Positions 27,927-38,052 of a stretch of DNA of 64,000 nucleotides are shown here, piece by piece. The position numbers and the translations under genes are program-made. Below the pieces are notes generated by a model, which saw nothing but the letters and a program-made list of their open reading frames with translations, did not search any database and was not told the DNA's origin. Every line of letters starts with the position of its first letter. Within the stretch, counting starts at the first letter, position 1. The stretch is from Fibrobacteria bacterium (GTDB taxonomy: Bacteria > Fibrobacterota > Fibrobacteria > UBA11236 > JADFYW01): the NCBI GenBank assembly GCA_050294405.1, contig JBNKOC010000028.1, positions 1-64,000 of the forward strand, in the 5' to 3' direction.

Positions 27927-29427
27927 CTAAGGGGTCTTCATATAAAATGGTGTTTTTATCGAATTGGTTAATTTTTTCTTTCACTGTATCCAAAAGCTCG
28001 GGAACCACAACCGGTTTTTGAATCAGCTCAATGGTTTCAAAGCCTTCGTTTTTACTATGCACTGTTTTGAGCATTTTTTTATCGGCAATCACAAATACGG
28101 GGCAATCATTCACTTCTGCAATTCGAAGGGCATATTGCCAACACACATCAAAATGTTCACATAGGGCGTTGTGAATTATTATAGCTGAAAGTTGATCCCG
28201 AAACTGATTGGACATGGAAAGAGGTATGTTAATAAACTCTAAATCGTGCTGGTTGTAACTGCGAAGAGAATGGAAAAAAAGCTCATCAGGCTCAATAACC
28301 CCAACCAGCTTTGCCCGGTATTGTTTTTGGCGGGGGAAGGTTAACCAATTCTTTTTGCCCAGATAATTAAAGCGGTTTAAAATCAAAAAGAGTCCCACTA
28401 ACAGATAAGCAAAAATAAATCCTCTGGCCATGAGCGGCACCCGGCTGATGCTTATGGCCACGCAGCCCATGGAAAAAGCAATTAAGGATAATAAAAAAGT
28501 AGTTTGAATATGAGACATTCCCCAATGAACCAAACGGTGGTGCAAATGTTCGTTGTCAGCTTCAAACATTTTGAAAAATCGCCTTTGAATGCGGTGGTTT
28601 TGCTTGTGTACCCTTCCTAAAAAGCGTCTCACCATAGCCACAGTAATATCAAAAATAGGGTAGCCCACTATCATAAGGGGGACTAAAATCGAATAATCCG
28701 TAACAGGAGATTGGGTAGTTTGTATACTCAAGGCCCCCAACATAGACCCCAAAAACAAGGACCCCGTATCTCCCAGAAAGGTTTTGTTTTTAACAGACAT
28801 GTTGTGAACTAAAAACCCCAGATTCAAAGCTATAAGAACCACGCAAAGCATTACAATTCCAGAGGAGTGGTTTGCATAAGCCAAAATTGCCATAGTGCCA
28901 AAACCTATCATGGAAACACTGCTGGCCAAGCCATCAATGCCATCCACAATATTTAAAGCGTTCATTATTCCCACTAACCAAAAAATGGAAACCAGAGAGC
29001 CAAACATCCCCAATTGGTATTCATGGTGCAGCAGAAAAATGGAATGGCAGCTTAAATCGAAGCCGATAACCACCAAGGCAGCCAGGCCAAACTGAAACAA
29101 AAATTTAATTTTAAAGTTAAGTCCCCGGGTATCATCCAAAGTGCCTACTACCAGTAACACTCCACTTAAAGAAAGCAGGGTATAAATAAACCTTGTACTC
29201 AAAGATGGAAATAAATTTGGAAAAAGAACCTGAGTGAACAGTAAAATCCCTAAAAAACAAAGAATTAAGCCCATACCCCCAATACGGGGAACAATTTGCT
29301 GGTGGACTTTGCGGTAATCCGGCGTATCTGCAAAATAAGACACCAAAGGGCTTTTAATTAAAATCCCAATAACAACTGCCGAAAGAAAAAAGGACAATAC
29401 AAATAGATAAGGCAGGTATAAATACAT
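27886..29427 (-). CDS. wecA: WecA/MraY-family undecaprenyl-phosphate HexNAc-1-phosphate transferase with extra C-terminal domain
   Basis: RKVH..VPRIGG, GTLDD, NALNIVDGIDGLA, FLGDTGS, DNEHLHHRL; ~140 aa soluble C-terminal extension. Confidence 0.88.
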   Translation of the reverse strand: MYLYLPYLFVLSFFLSAVVIGILIKSPLVSYFADTPDYRKVHQQIVPRIGGMGLILCFLGILLFTQVLFPNLFPSLSTRFIYTLLSLSGVLLVVGTLDDTRGLNFKIKFLFQFGLAALVVIGFDLSCHSIFLLHHEYQLGMFGSLVSIFWLVGIMNALNIVDGIDGLASSVSMIGFGTMAILAYANHSSGIVMLCVVLIALNLGFLVHNMSVKNKTFLGDTGSLFLGSMLGALSIQTTQSPVTDYSILVPLMIVGYPIFDITVAMVRRFLGRVHKQNHRIQRRFFKMFEADNEHLHHRLVHWGMSHIQTTFLLSLIAFSMGCVAISISRVPLMARGFIFAYLLVGLFLILNRFNYLGKKNWLTFPRQKQYRAKLVGVIEPDELFFHSLRSYNQHDLEFINIPLSMSNQFRDQLSAIIIHNALCEHFDVCWQYALRIAEVNDCPVFVIADKKMLKTVHSKNEGFETIELIQKPVVVPELLDTVKEKINQFDKNTILYEDPLVEVEAKHKGRVRA

Positions 29428-29569
29428 GAGTTTTTAAATAATCCCTTTAATTTTGGGAACCCTGTTCACTGAATCTTTGTAAAAATATTTTTCTATTACC
29501 TGAATGCCTAGCATCTTATCTTATTTCTATAATATTTATCTTTCAAGAATATTTTAATTAAATCTTTTT

Positions 29570-31324
29570 GTGAATTTGTCAGTTCTCTCTTATTTTACAT
29601 GGCCAAGATATTTCACATATGGAATAACTGTTTTTTGTATTGCAGCCACATCAGAAACAGTTAAAGCTCAAATTCTTAGCTCCAATTGGGATTCTCCCAC
29701 CCAACTTCCATTTTATTTTCTCAAAAACCCTAACCAATATTATAAAAGTCTTGAAATTGATTTGAACCGTAATTGGCCACTAAGTCATTATGATTCCCGT
29801 CAATGTTCGCAAGCGTTATCCTTATTGGACTCCTCAAAAAATGCAAACAAATTTGCTTTTTTTCAAGAGGAATGCGCCTCTAATACCTTTAAAACCAAGC
29901 TTTTTGCCCAAGTCAATTTTGGATTAAACTATCAATCCCATTCCTCCACTTTAGGCGATTCCATTGACAATGGAGGCAATACTTCGGGAAATAACCTGGT
30001 CATTAGCCCATTTATGGAACCTTTAGACAACTGGAACCATTCCCCATCCTTTATAAGATTGGGCCTTTACCACCGGCTTTTTTCAGGATTTCACTTGTAT
30101 CTGGAACTGTCTTTAAAAACAACACTGGATGCTTGGTTTGAAAAGGATTTTAATTTTACCGGCCCTTATCAAGTTTCCCAGGTGGATATTAATGAGCCAA
30201 AAATTGGTTATGCCAACTGGAGCCCCAACCCCCATTTTAATTTGATTTTAGGGAGATTTCCATTGCATTGGGGTGCCAGCCCTAACCTTGGTTTGAGCTT
30301 AAGCCATTCTGCTCCCTACCACGATGGAGCTCTAATTAAGCTTTCAAACAAATATTTCAATTTCTTTTCCTTCGCCGGCTCTTTAAATCCCTGGTTAAGT
30401 GGCACCCCTTCCAAATTTGCCGACAGCATTCCCCCTAGTTCGGAGGCCTATATTCAGGCTCACCCCGATTATGGGGACCTCCCTAATAATGATTATAATT
30501 CCAGAAATTTAATTTATAACCAACCCATTAAAACACTGTTTGCCCACAGAGCAGAAGCTATAATAAGCAACCTAAAGCTCGGAGTATCGGAAATAAATAT
30601 TATTGGTGGCAAAGTTCCCGACTTCAGGGATTTTAACCCTTTTGGAATTTACCATAATAATTTTGGGGACGGCTATAGCAGTATTGCTGTTTCTCTTGAT
30701 GCCCACTACCAACTACATCCTAAAATTTCCTTTTTTGGTGAATTAATTATGGATGAAATTCAGGAACAAAAAAATGGAGGGAACCCAACCACCCTGGGAT
30801 GGATGCTAGGTGGACAGCATAACCTATCGTTCTGGCATTTTAGCCTATTACAATCCTTGGAGTTGGTTCAAACCGACCCTCTGCTTTACAATCAAAAAAG
30901 ACCACTGTTACGGCTGTATAACAGACAGGTAATTAAAAGCAATTTTATCGAGGTTGGAGACAAACCTTTTACGGATACATACATTGCTGATTACCCATTG
31001 GGTTATGCCCGGGGTGCTGATGTGTTAGATCTCTGGTATCGAATTTTTATTAAATACAAAGAGCGTAATTTTGTTTCCCTAAAATATGGATGGCTAAATA
31101 CCGGGGAATGGAATTCCCTAAAAATTTATAAAGAAACAAGTCAAAGCTCGCCTAGTGGTAAAGTTAATAAAGCACATAGGCTGCATATTAATAACAATTA
31201 TTTTATAACTAAAAATTGGTTAATATGGGCTAATATTAGGTTTCAATTCGAATACGAGAAGGGCTGGAAAGAAAAGGTCGATGATTACCAGATATATAAT
31301 ATCGGTTTCAGCTATTTTTATTAA
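29570..31324 (+). CDS. Outer-membrane beta-barrel, capsule assembly Wzi-like
   Basis: Signal peptide, LGRFPLHWG, LFAHRAE, FFGELIMDE, YPLGY, C-terminal aromatic beta-signal IGFSYFY. Confidence 0.6.
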   Translation: MNLSVLSYFTWPRYFTYGITVFCIAATSETVKAQILSSNWDSPTQLPFYFLKNPNQYYKSLEIDLNRNWPLSHYDSRQCSQALSLLDSSKNANKFAFFQEECASNTFKTKLFAQVNFGLNYQSHSSTLGDSIDNGGNTSGNNLVISPFMEPLDNWNHSPSFIRLGLYHRLFSGFHLYLELSLKTTLDAWFEKDFNFTGPYQVSQVDINEPKIGYANWSPNPHFNLILGRFPLHWGASPNLGLSLSHSAPYHDGALIKLSNKYFNFFSFAGSLNPWLSGTPSKFADSIPPSSEAYIQAHPDYGDLPNNDYNSRNLIYNQPIKTLFAHRAEAIISNLKLGVSEINIIGGKVPDFRDFNPFGIYHNNFGDGYSSIAVSLDAHYQLHPKISFFGELIMDEIQEQKNGGNPTTLGWMLGGQHNLSFWHFSLLQSLELVQTDPLLYNQKRPLLRLYNRQVIKSNFIEVGDKPFTDTYIADYPLGYARGADVLDLWYRIFIKYKERNFVSLKYGWLNTGEWNSLKIYKETSQSSPSGKVNKAHRLHINNNYFITKNWLIWANIRFQFEYEKGWKEKVDDYQIYNIGFSYFY

Positions 31325-32829
31325 TAAGCTCCAACGCCCACAACACAGGATATCCCTGTACGCATTAAAATAACCATGTCGAGCAAAAAACTTTGGTTAT
31401 TTATGTAGTACAAATCATAATCCATATTTTTGTGGATAGCGAATTTTCTGGCTGGAGAAATCTGCCAAAGTCCCGTAATACCAGGTCGAACATTTAGCCT
31501 TTGCTTTTGCATTTCGTTGTATGTTTCCACAATAAAAGGCATCTCAGGTCGTGGTCCCACCAGACTCATATCCCCTTTGAGTACGTTCCAGAGTTGAGGC
31601 AATTCGTCCAAAGAAGAGCGCCTCAAAAACCTTCCTATGGGAGTTATTCTGGAATCTTTTCCAGATTGGGGAGTTTGAGCATAAACAGGAGCGTTTGTAT
31701 ACATAGACCTAAATTTGTAAAAGACAAATTTTTCCCCATCCTTTCCAACTCGTTTCTGCCTGAAAAACACCGGTCCTTTGGATGTTAGTTTAATGGTAAG
31801 GCTCATAAATACAAATAAAGGCAAGGTCATAAGCAATAACAGCAGGGAAACAGATAAATCGAAAGCCCTTTTGAAAAAGGCTGTTCTAAAGGAATAGCTG
31901 GGCTTTGAAATACCCATTAATGGCAAACCATCCACTTCCGAAATTTCCAAGCGCTGAATTACTAAATCATACAAGGAGGGAACCATTTGCAATTCACATT
32001 GGTTTTTTCGGCAAATTTTTAAGAGGTCTTGTACCACAATCTGGGGTATTTGAGGTTCAGCTACAAAAAGCTTGGAAGCACCTGTACTTTGGATTGCCTT
32101 AGCCAACTGACTAAAATCACCTAGAACAGGAACATTTTTGTAGCTTTTTTCTTGAAGGGAACCATCATCATCAATAAATCCGGCAATTTGATAACCCAAC
32201 TTGGGAGATTGATTGAATTTTTCAAGTAATTTTTGACCAATTTCTCCCGCACCGTAAATTAGCGCCACTGAATCTGAAACTCCGTAATTCCTTAAAAACC
32301 CCTGAATTCGGTAAAGGAAGGCCCTTTGGAAAAACATAAAAAGCAGAATAAAAGACCAGCTTAATGCAAAAACCCCTCTGCTGTAAAACTGATGTTGGCT
32401 TAAAAACAAAATGGCCATGGTAACCCCACAAGCCACTAACCAGGTTTTTAAAATAATTTGATATTCCCGGATGTTTAAAATACTGCGCTGGGCCTGATAC
32501 AATCCATTTACCTGAAAACCGATTAAACAGGCAAGGATGGTAACCCCAAGAGAAAAGTAATACTGGCTAAAAGGAACCTGGGCAAAATGATTGGAGGCCA
32601 CCACTGGGCCCAATTTATTCCAAAGCAAATAGGCTGACCAAAAACTCAATACAATTGTGGTCGCATCCGCAAGCAGTTGGAATAGTGTTAATACTGGCTG
32701 AAAGAAGGAAATCCGTATGGGAGTTCTGCCCTTAAATTCAATAGCAGTGTTTCCAGCCACTCTACTGGTAGCTGCTGACACATTAGCTGTCGCTAAACTG
32801 GCATTTTTCTCTAGGGTTATTTTGCTCAT
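31321..32829 (-). CDS. Polyprenyl-phosphate hexose-1-phosphate transferase (WcaJ/WbaP type)
   Basis: Four TM segments, CoA-binding-like domain (IYGAGEIG, GFIDDD), then KRAFD, FYKFRSM, LDELPQLWNVLKGDMSLVGPRP, RPGITG. Confidence 0.92.
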   Translation of the reverse strand: MSKITLEKNASLATANVSAATSRVAGNTAIEFKGRTPIRISFFQPVLTLFQLLADATTIVLSFWSAYLLWNKLGPVVASNHFAQVPFSQYYFSLGVTILACLIGFQVNGLYQAQRSILNIREYQIILKTWLVACGVTMAILFLSQHQFYSRGVFALSWSFILLFMFFQRAFLYRIQGFLRNYGVSDSVALIYGAGEIGQKLLEKFNQSPKLGYQIAGFIDDDGSLQEKSYKNVPVLGDFSQLAKAIQSTGASKLFVAEPQIPQIVVQDLLKICRKNQCELQMVPSLYDLVIQRLEISEVDGLPLMGISKPSYSFRTAFFKRAFDLSVSLLLLLMTLPLFVFMSLTIKLTSKGPVFFRQKRVGKDGEKFVFYKFRSMYTNAPVYAQTPQSGKDSRITPIGRFLRRSSLDELPQLWNVLKGDMSLVGPRPEMPFIVETYNEMQKQRLNVRPGITGLWQISPARKFAIHKNMDYDLYYINNQSFLLDMVILMRTGISCVVGVGAY

Positions 32830-32954
32830 TTTCCAATAGCCTTAAGAATTATTTTCTTAGGGAAAAATCGGACTTCCTCAAGCTTTAAAAATACATTTTT
32901 TTTAAGAGACGTACTATTGATCCCAAACTAAAGTCATTATACTTTAGTTCACTT

Positions 32955-34253
32955 ATGAAAAAAATAGGAATCGGAATAATCGGCACAGGCACTGTGGGCT
33001 CTGGAGTTCTTGAACTCATTGAGGTTCAACGGAAATTTTTTAATGAAAAAATAGGAATCCAGTTAGAAATAAAAGGGATAAGTGCCCGGTCTGAAGCCAG
33101 TCTAGCTAAATTTGAACAAATTAAATGCTTAAAATCTACAAATCCCCTAGATTTGTGCTCCCATTCCGAAATTCAAATAATCCTTGAGCTTGCAGGTGGT
33201 TATGAGGCTCCCCGCGAATGGATTCTCACCGCCCTAAAAAACGGCAAACATGTGATAACCGCAAACAAAGCCATGTTGGCTAAATATGGTTGGGAGCTTT
33301 TCCCCCTGGCCGAAAAAAATAACTGCGGACTTTATTTTGAAGCTGCCATAGGCGGTGGCATTCCCATTGTGAAAACACTTCAGGAATCGCTAATAGCCAA
33401 TGATATTGAAGGGTTGGCCTGCATCATAAACGGCACCTGCAATTATATCTTAACTGAGATGACAGAGCATCAATTCGATTTTGACAAGGCTCTTATAAAG
33501 GCAAAAAAGTTAGGCTATGCCGAAGCTGACCCAAGCTTTGATGTGGAAGGTATCGATTCCGCTCATAAAGTGGCTTTGTTGGCTTCTCTTTCTTTTGGTC
33601 AATATGTGGATTTTGAAAAAATGAATGTGGAAGGAATCAGCCATATTCAAAAATTTGATGTGGATATGGCAACAGAGCTCGGGTACTGCATTAAACTGCT
33701 TGGAGTGGTACAACCAGAAGATAAAAACAAAATTTTCGCTTCGGTTCATCCTGCTTTGTTGGAAACCTCCCACCAACTGGCCACTGTAAATGATGTACTT
33801 AATGCTGTTTTTATTGAGAGCTCCGCTGCCGGACCGTTGTTATTGACTGGTGCCGGTGCTGGCAAATTACCCACCGCAAGTTCGGTTATGGGGGATCTTA
33901 TAAGTTTATCCCGGCAAATGTTATCAACTGAGGCGGCTTTCCAATCTGCTGGTTTTATTAATAAAGAAAACGAAGCTAGCCTTGTGCCTATTGGGAATTT
34001 TAAAACCAAATTTTATTTACGTTTTACCACTAAAGATTACCCTGGAGTGATAGCCAAAATCACATCAGTATTAGCAGCTCACGATATCTCCATTGAGTCT
34101 TTTATTCAAAAACCCGACCATGCTAAACATAGGGTGCCTGTCATTATTATTACACATAAAACGCCCTTTTCCGCCATTGATAATGCCCTTAAAGAAATTG
34201 ACGCTCTGGACATAATTACCAGCAAAACCCAATTTTTAAGGTTTTACCATTAG
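32955..34253 (+). CDS. hom: Homoserine dehydrogenase with C-terminal ACT domain
   Basis: GTGTVGSG, VITANKA, EAAIGGGIP, INGTCNYIL, GYAEADP, GAGAGKLPTAS. Confidence 0.95.
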   Translation: MKKIGIGIIGTGTVGSGVLELIEVQRKFFNEKIGIQLEIKGISARSEASLAKFEQIKCLKSTNPLDLCSHSEIQIILELAGGYEAPREWILTALKNGKHVITANKAMLAKYGWELFPLAEKNNCGLYFEAAIGGGIPIVKTLQESLIANDIEGLACIINGTCNYILTEMTEHQFDFDKALIKAKKLGYAEADPSFDVEGIDSAHKVALLASLSFGQYVDFEKMNVEGISHIQKFDVDMATELGYCIKLLGVVQPEDKNKIFASVHPALLETSHQLATVNDVLNAVFIESSAAGPLLLTGAGAGKLPTASSVMGDLISLSRQMLSTEAAFQSAGFINKENEASLVPIGNFKTKFYLRFTTKDYPGVIAKITSVLAAHDISIESFIQKPDHAKHRVPVIIITHKTPFSAIDNALKEIDALDIITSKTQFLRFYH

Positions 34254-34260
34254 GGTCTGT

Positions 34261-35277
34261 TTAAGTAAGGGACCAGCCGCCCTTTTTTAATACAAAGGGA
34301 TTTTTAAAATCTCCCAGACTTTGTCCTTCCTGATTTTCCAATAATCCTGATGCTTCAGTTGCCGCTAAAACCGGAAAGCCGGGAAAAAGAGCCTGATGTA
34401 TCTCAGGAAATTTTGCCACCGGCCATTTCTTTTGAATTTGATGGCTCATCCAAAAATAGCAGTTTTTATCAAACTTATCGGATTGCCAGGATTTTTTAAC
34501 ATCTTCCCAGATTTTATTATGACCTGGCGCCCCGCCAACAGCGAAAATCAAACCGAACAATTTTTCAAAGTTTATGGCCAAAGAGGATTTTCTAGGAAGG
34601 CTATGTATAATAGGCCAACCATTTTTTTGAGCGATTTTTTTAAGCATTACATCGGGATCCACAACTGTGGGAAATTCCACAAAAGCCAATAAAAACCTAT
34701 CCGCAATACTATCGGAATAAGCAAAACAATAATGCCCCTCATTAGGTAAATCACTGCGGGAGCGAATTTGGATGACCTTTTGCTCTTCTTTTAAGTTGCC
34801 GATTCCCTTCCTATATACAGGCAACCGGAATAGGCCTCTGTTTGGAAAATCCCACTGCGTCCCCATTATGATAGCAGGCGGTAAATATATGGAAAGAAAC
34901 CTCAAATAAAAAAGGGAACTGGCTGATATTAAAACAATTTTATGCCCCAGCTTATGATGAGCCCACATCATATGTAATGTAGCCGGATAAAGCCTGGGAA
35001 CCAGTTCTTCTTTTACAAAGTCTTCTGCCATTTGGTTTAAATCGCTGGAAGAGCAATAACATGAGGAAACAAAAAAATATTTTTTTAGTCGCTGGGTATC
35101 GATGATCCGAATTATATGCAACAATATGGCAAACCATTCCACCAGTTGAAACACCCGATACAAAGGCTTTTTGCGGTAAAAATAACGCCGCCAATACAGA
35201 ATACTATCCCCATACATCAAGGTGTCGTCAAAATCGAAAAATGCGAAAGAATTTTTTACAAGGGGAGGGTTTGTCAT
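34261..35277 (-). CDS. HAD-IB family hydrolase (SerB-like)
   Basis: FFDFDDTL motif I, LISAS motif II, K and AYSDSIAD motifs III/IV. Confidence 0.85.
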   Translation of the reverse strand: MTNPPLVKNSFAFFDFDDTLMYGDSILYWRRYFYRKKPLYRVFQLVEWFAILLHIIRIIDTQRLKKYFFVSSCYCSSSDLNQMAEDFVKEELVPRLYPATLHMMWAHHKLGHKIVLISASSLFYLRFLSIYLPPAIIMGTQWDFPNRGLFRLPVYRKGIGNLKEEQKVIQIRSRSDLPNEGHYCFAYSDSIADRFLLAFVEFPTVVDPDVMLKKIAQKNGWPIIHSLPRKSSLAINFEKLFGLIFAVGGAPGHNKIWEDVKKSWQSDKFDKNCYFWMSHQIQKKWPVAKFPEIHQALFPGFPVLAATEASGLLENQEGQSLGDFKNPFVLKKGGWSLT

Positions 35278-35367
35278 TTAGATTTCAAAGTAATTTTTTT
35301 GCAGTGGCATTTAAGCTGTTCAAATGAGTATTTTGTTTTTGTAAAACTCTTAAATTAGTTATCCAAA

Positions 35368-37143
35368 TTGCGAATGGGCATGGAAAATTCAAATATCTAC
35401 AACAATATTCTTCAAATTGATAAAAAACTCTCCAATTATACGCGGGGTTTAGATGAAAATGAAATTAGCCAGTTAGTAAGCCAAAATAACTTTTGCCAAA
35501 ATTGGGAACTTATAAAAGTAGAACCCGATTTCACTACCAATAACATTAAAAACTCCATTTTTGAAGGCGAAGTTTTTTTACCCCGGTTTACCTCTGAAAA
35601 TAAATTAGCAGGTATTTTTAATTGCCATATTAAAAACTGTGTTTTCGAAAGTTGTCTGGCGCACAATGTTCAGCTTTTAGAAAATGTATTTGTTGGTAAA
35701 AACTCGATACTACGTGCTTGTGGTGATATAAGAGGGACTTTAAGTCGGCCAAAAATTTTAACCATGCCCATTCACCCCGGAAGTGAAATGGAGAGCCGCA
35801 GCCTTTGGTTCGAAGAAAACTTAACTGTAGAATCCGCAACCAAATGGTTACAAATAAGTTCCAATCAGCAACTCGAAGTAAAAGAAAAGAAAATATCCGA
35901 AATTCCAAATAACAATCCCAAATATATGTATATAGGCCCTGATGTCCATATTTGCGGTGTGGGAGAAATTGTTAATTGCTATATAGATGAGGCCACTCAA
36001 ATCCAATACGCTTCCAGAGTTTCCAATTCTGTAATTTTAGGGTCCACTTCAAATCCATGTAACATTGGCAATTGCCAGTTAATAGAAAATTCCGGCCTGC
36101 AAGCCGGATGTACCGTAAAAAATGGAGCCATTGTAAGAAACTCCATTATCATGGAAGCCAGCGAACTGGACGAGCAGGTTATTATTAATCAAAGCCTCAT
36201 TGGGCCCAATAACCATTGCGCCAAAGGCGAAATAACAGCATGTTTGTTGGGCCCCTTTGTTGGGTTTCACCACCAAAGTTTACTTATTTCTGTGTTGTGG
36301 CCCGAAGGCAAAGGCAATGTGGGACACGGAGCTAAAGTAGGAAGCAACCACACAGGTAGAAAACCTGACCAGGAATTGATTCCAGCAGAAGGCATGTTTT
36401 TTGGCTTGGGGTGCCAGGTGAAATTTCCTGGAAATTATTCCAAAGCCTCCTACAGTTTAATTGCCACCGCTGTGGTACTACCGCCCCAAAAAGTAGAATG
36501 CCCCTTTTCTCTTATTACTCAAGAAGAAAATTTACTGGCAGGCTATTCTCCCTTGCTGAATAACATTATGCCGGGCTGGATGTGGGGAACCAACGCCTAT
36601 TCCCTTTTTAGAAGTCTTTTTAAATTTAAAGAGCGAAATAAAAGCTCTCATAACATACCAGATAGCTTGTTTAGCCAAAAAATTGCCGAGCATGTTTTAA
36701 ACGCCTGTATGTTCCTAAAAAATATTTCCGAGAAAAAGAAATACTATACAGAAGAAGACATACCCGAAATTGGACAAAACATTTTAAGCGATGCCCAGCG
36801 TTTAAAAGCTTTAGACAACTATTCCAATTATATTTATTTCTATTTATTACAAAGCTCCATGGAATCTTCTATTATGGAGGCCTTTTTGTCGGTGGCAGGA
36901 CTAACATCCTTTTATAAAATAACCGACCCTGCCCAATATTTAATATCCGGTAAAAATCTCCTGGAAGAGCTTGAAACCAAGCTACTTAAAAGTCTTGCCC
37001 GGGATAACAAGAGAGGCAGAGAAATTTTTTCGGATTACGATAATTTTCACCTGAGGGAAAATGAATTTGAAGAAAAAGACCCGGTTATTCTAAAGTTTAA
37101 AGAATTAAAATCCCGATGGGAAAATTATTTAGAATCTTTATAG
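35368..37143 (+). CDS. DUF4954-like left-handed beta-helix protein
   Basis: Hexapeptide-like repeats, LLGPFVGFHHQSLLI, GNVGHGAKVGSNHTG. Confidence 0.6.
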   Translation: MRMGMENSNIYNNILQIDKKLSNYTRGLDENEISQLVSQNNFCQNWELIKVEPDFTTNNIKNSIFEGEVFLPRFTSENKLAGIFNCHIKNCVFESCLAHNVQLLENVFVGKNSILRACGDIRGTLSRPKILTMPIHPGSEMESRSLWFEENLTVESATKWLQISSNQQLEVKEKKISEIPNNNPKYMYIGPDVHICGVGEIVNCYIDEATQIQYASRVSNSVILGSTSNPCNIGNCQLIENSGLQAGCTVKNGAIVRNSIIMEASELDEQVIINQSLIGPNNHCAKGEITACLLGPFVGFHHQSLLISVLWPEGKGNVGHGAKVGSNHTGRKPDQELIPAEGMFFGLGCQVKFPGNYSKASYSLIATAVVLPPQKVECPFSLITQEENLLAGYSPLLNNIMPGWMWGTNAYSLFRSLFKFKERNKSSHNIPDSLFSQKIAEHVLNACMFLKNISEKKKYYTEEDIPEIGQNILSDAQRLKALDNYSNYIYFYLLQSSMESSIMEAFLSVAGLTSFYKITDPAQYLISGKNLLEELETKLLKSLARDNKRGREIFSDYDNFHLRENEFEEKDPVILKFKELKSRWENYLESL

Positions 37144-37150
37144 AACAATA

Positions 37151-38044
37151 TTAATGAAACATATTGGTCTGCGGCTTTGACTTAGGCTTTCCAAAACGGG
37201 ATTGCAAATAACTTTTATAAGGCGATTTGGGAATATCTTTAAGCGTCTCTAAAAATTTGTCATGGTTGATAAAACCACGGGTTAAGGCAATCTCCTCCAA
37301 ACAGGCAATTTTAAGGCCTTGTCTGGCTTCCAGCGTATAAATAAAATTTCCCGCTTCCAAGAGGCTGGCATGGGTGCCCGTATCCAGCCAGGCCATACCT
37401 CGGCCCAAGATGTTCACATTGAGAGCCTTTTGCTCCAGGTATTTTAAATTAACATCGGTAATTTCCAATTCACCCCTTTTGCTTGGTTTCAAATTTTCTG
37501 AAATTTGTATTACCTTGTTGTCATAGAGGTACAAACCCGGAACAGCAAAGTGGGATTTGGGTTGCTTGGGTTTTTCTTCTATTCCGAGTACGCGTCCGGA
37601 TTCTTCAAACTCCACTACGCCATACCTTTCCGGATCTTTAACATAGTATCCAAAAACCATAGCGCCCCCATGAAAGCTTTTAATAATATCATCCAGCTTC
37701 ATGGCGCCGTAAAAAATGTTATCTCCTAAAATCAAAGTCACATTGTCTTTTCCGATAAACTCTTTGCCAATTAAAAAAGCCTGGGCAATTCCCGCAGGTT
37801 TGGGCTGCTCAGCGTATTGGATGTTTATGCCCCATTGGTTGCCATTGCCCAATAAGGTCTGAAACTTTGGGACATCACTGGGGGTTGATATTAACAGGAT
37901 GTCTTTAATTCCCCCTAACATCAAAGTGGAAATAGGGTAGTAAATCATAGGCTTGTCGTATACAGGCATCAACTGCTTGCTCACCACTTTGGATAGAGGA
38001 TGTAATCGGGAGCCAGCCCCGCCTGCTAAAACAATACCTTTCAT
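37151..38044 (-). CDS. rfbA: Glucose-1-phosphate thymidylyltransferase
   Basis: GIVLAGGAGSRLHP, SKQLMPVYDKPMIYYP, EEKP, RGELEITD, WLDTGT. Confidence 0.96.
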   Translation of the reverse strand: MKGIVLAGGAGSRLHPLSKVVSKQLMPVYDKPMIYYPISTLMLGGIKDILLISTPSDVPKFQTLLGNGNQWGINIQYAEQPKPAGIAQAFLIGKEFIGKDNVTLILGDNIFYGAMKLDDIIKSFHGGAMVFGYYVKDPERYGVVEFEESGRVLGIEEKPKQPKSHFAVPGLYLYDNKVIQISENLKPSKRGELEITDVNLKYLEQKALNVNILGRGMAWLDTGTHASLLEAGNFIYTLEARQGLKIACLEEIALTRGFINHDKFLETLKDIPKSPYKSYLQSRFGKPKSKPQTNMFH

Positions 38045-38052
38045 ATAATCTC

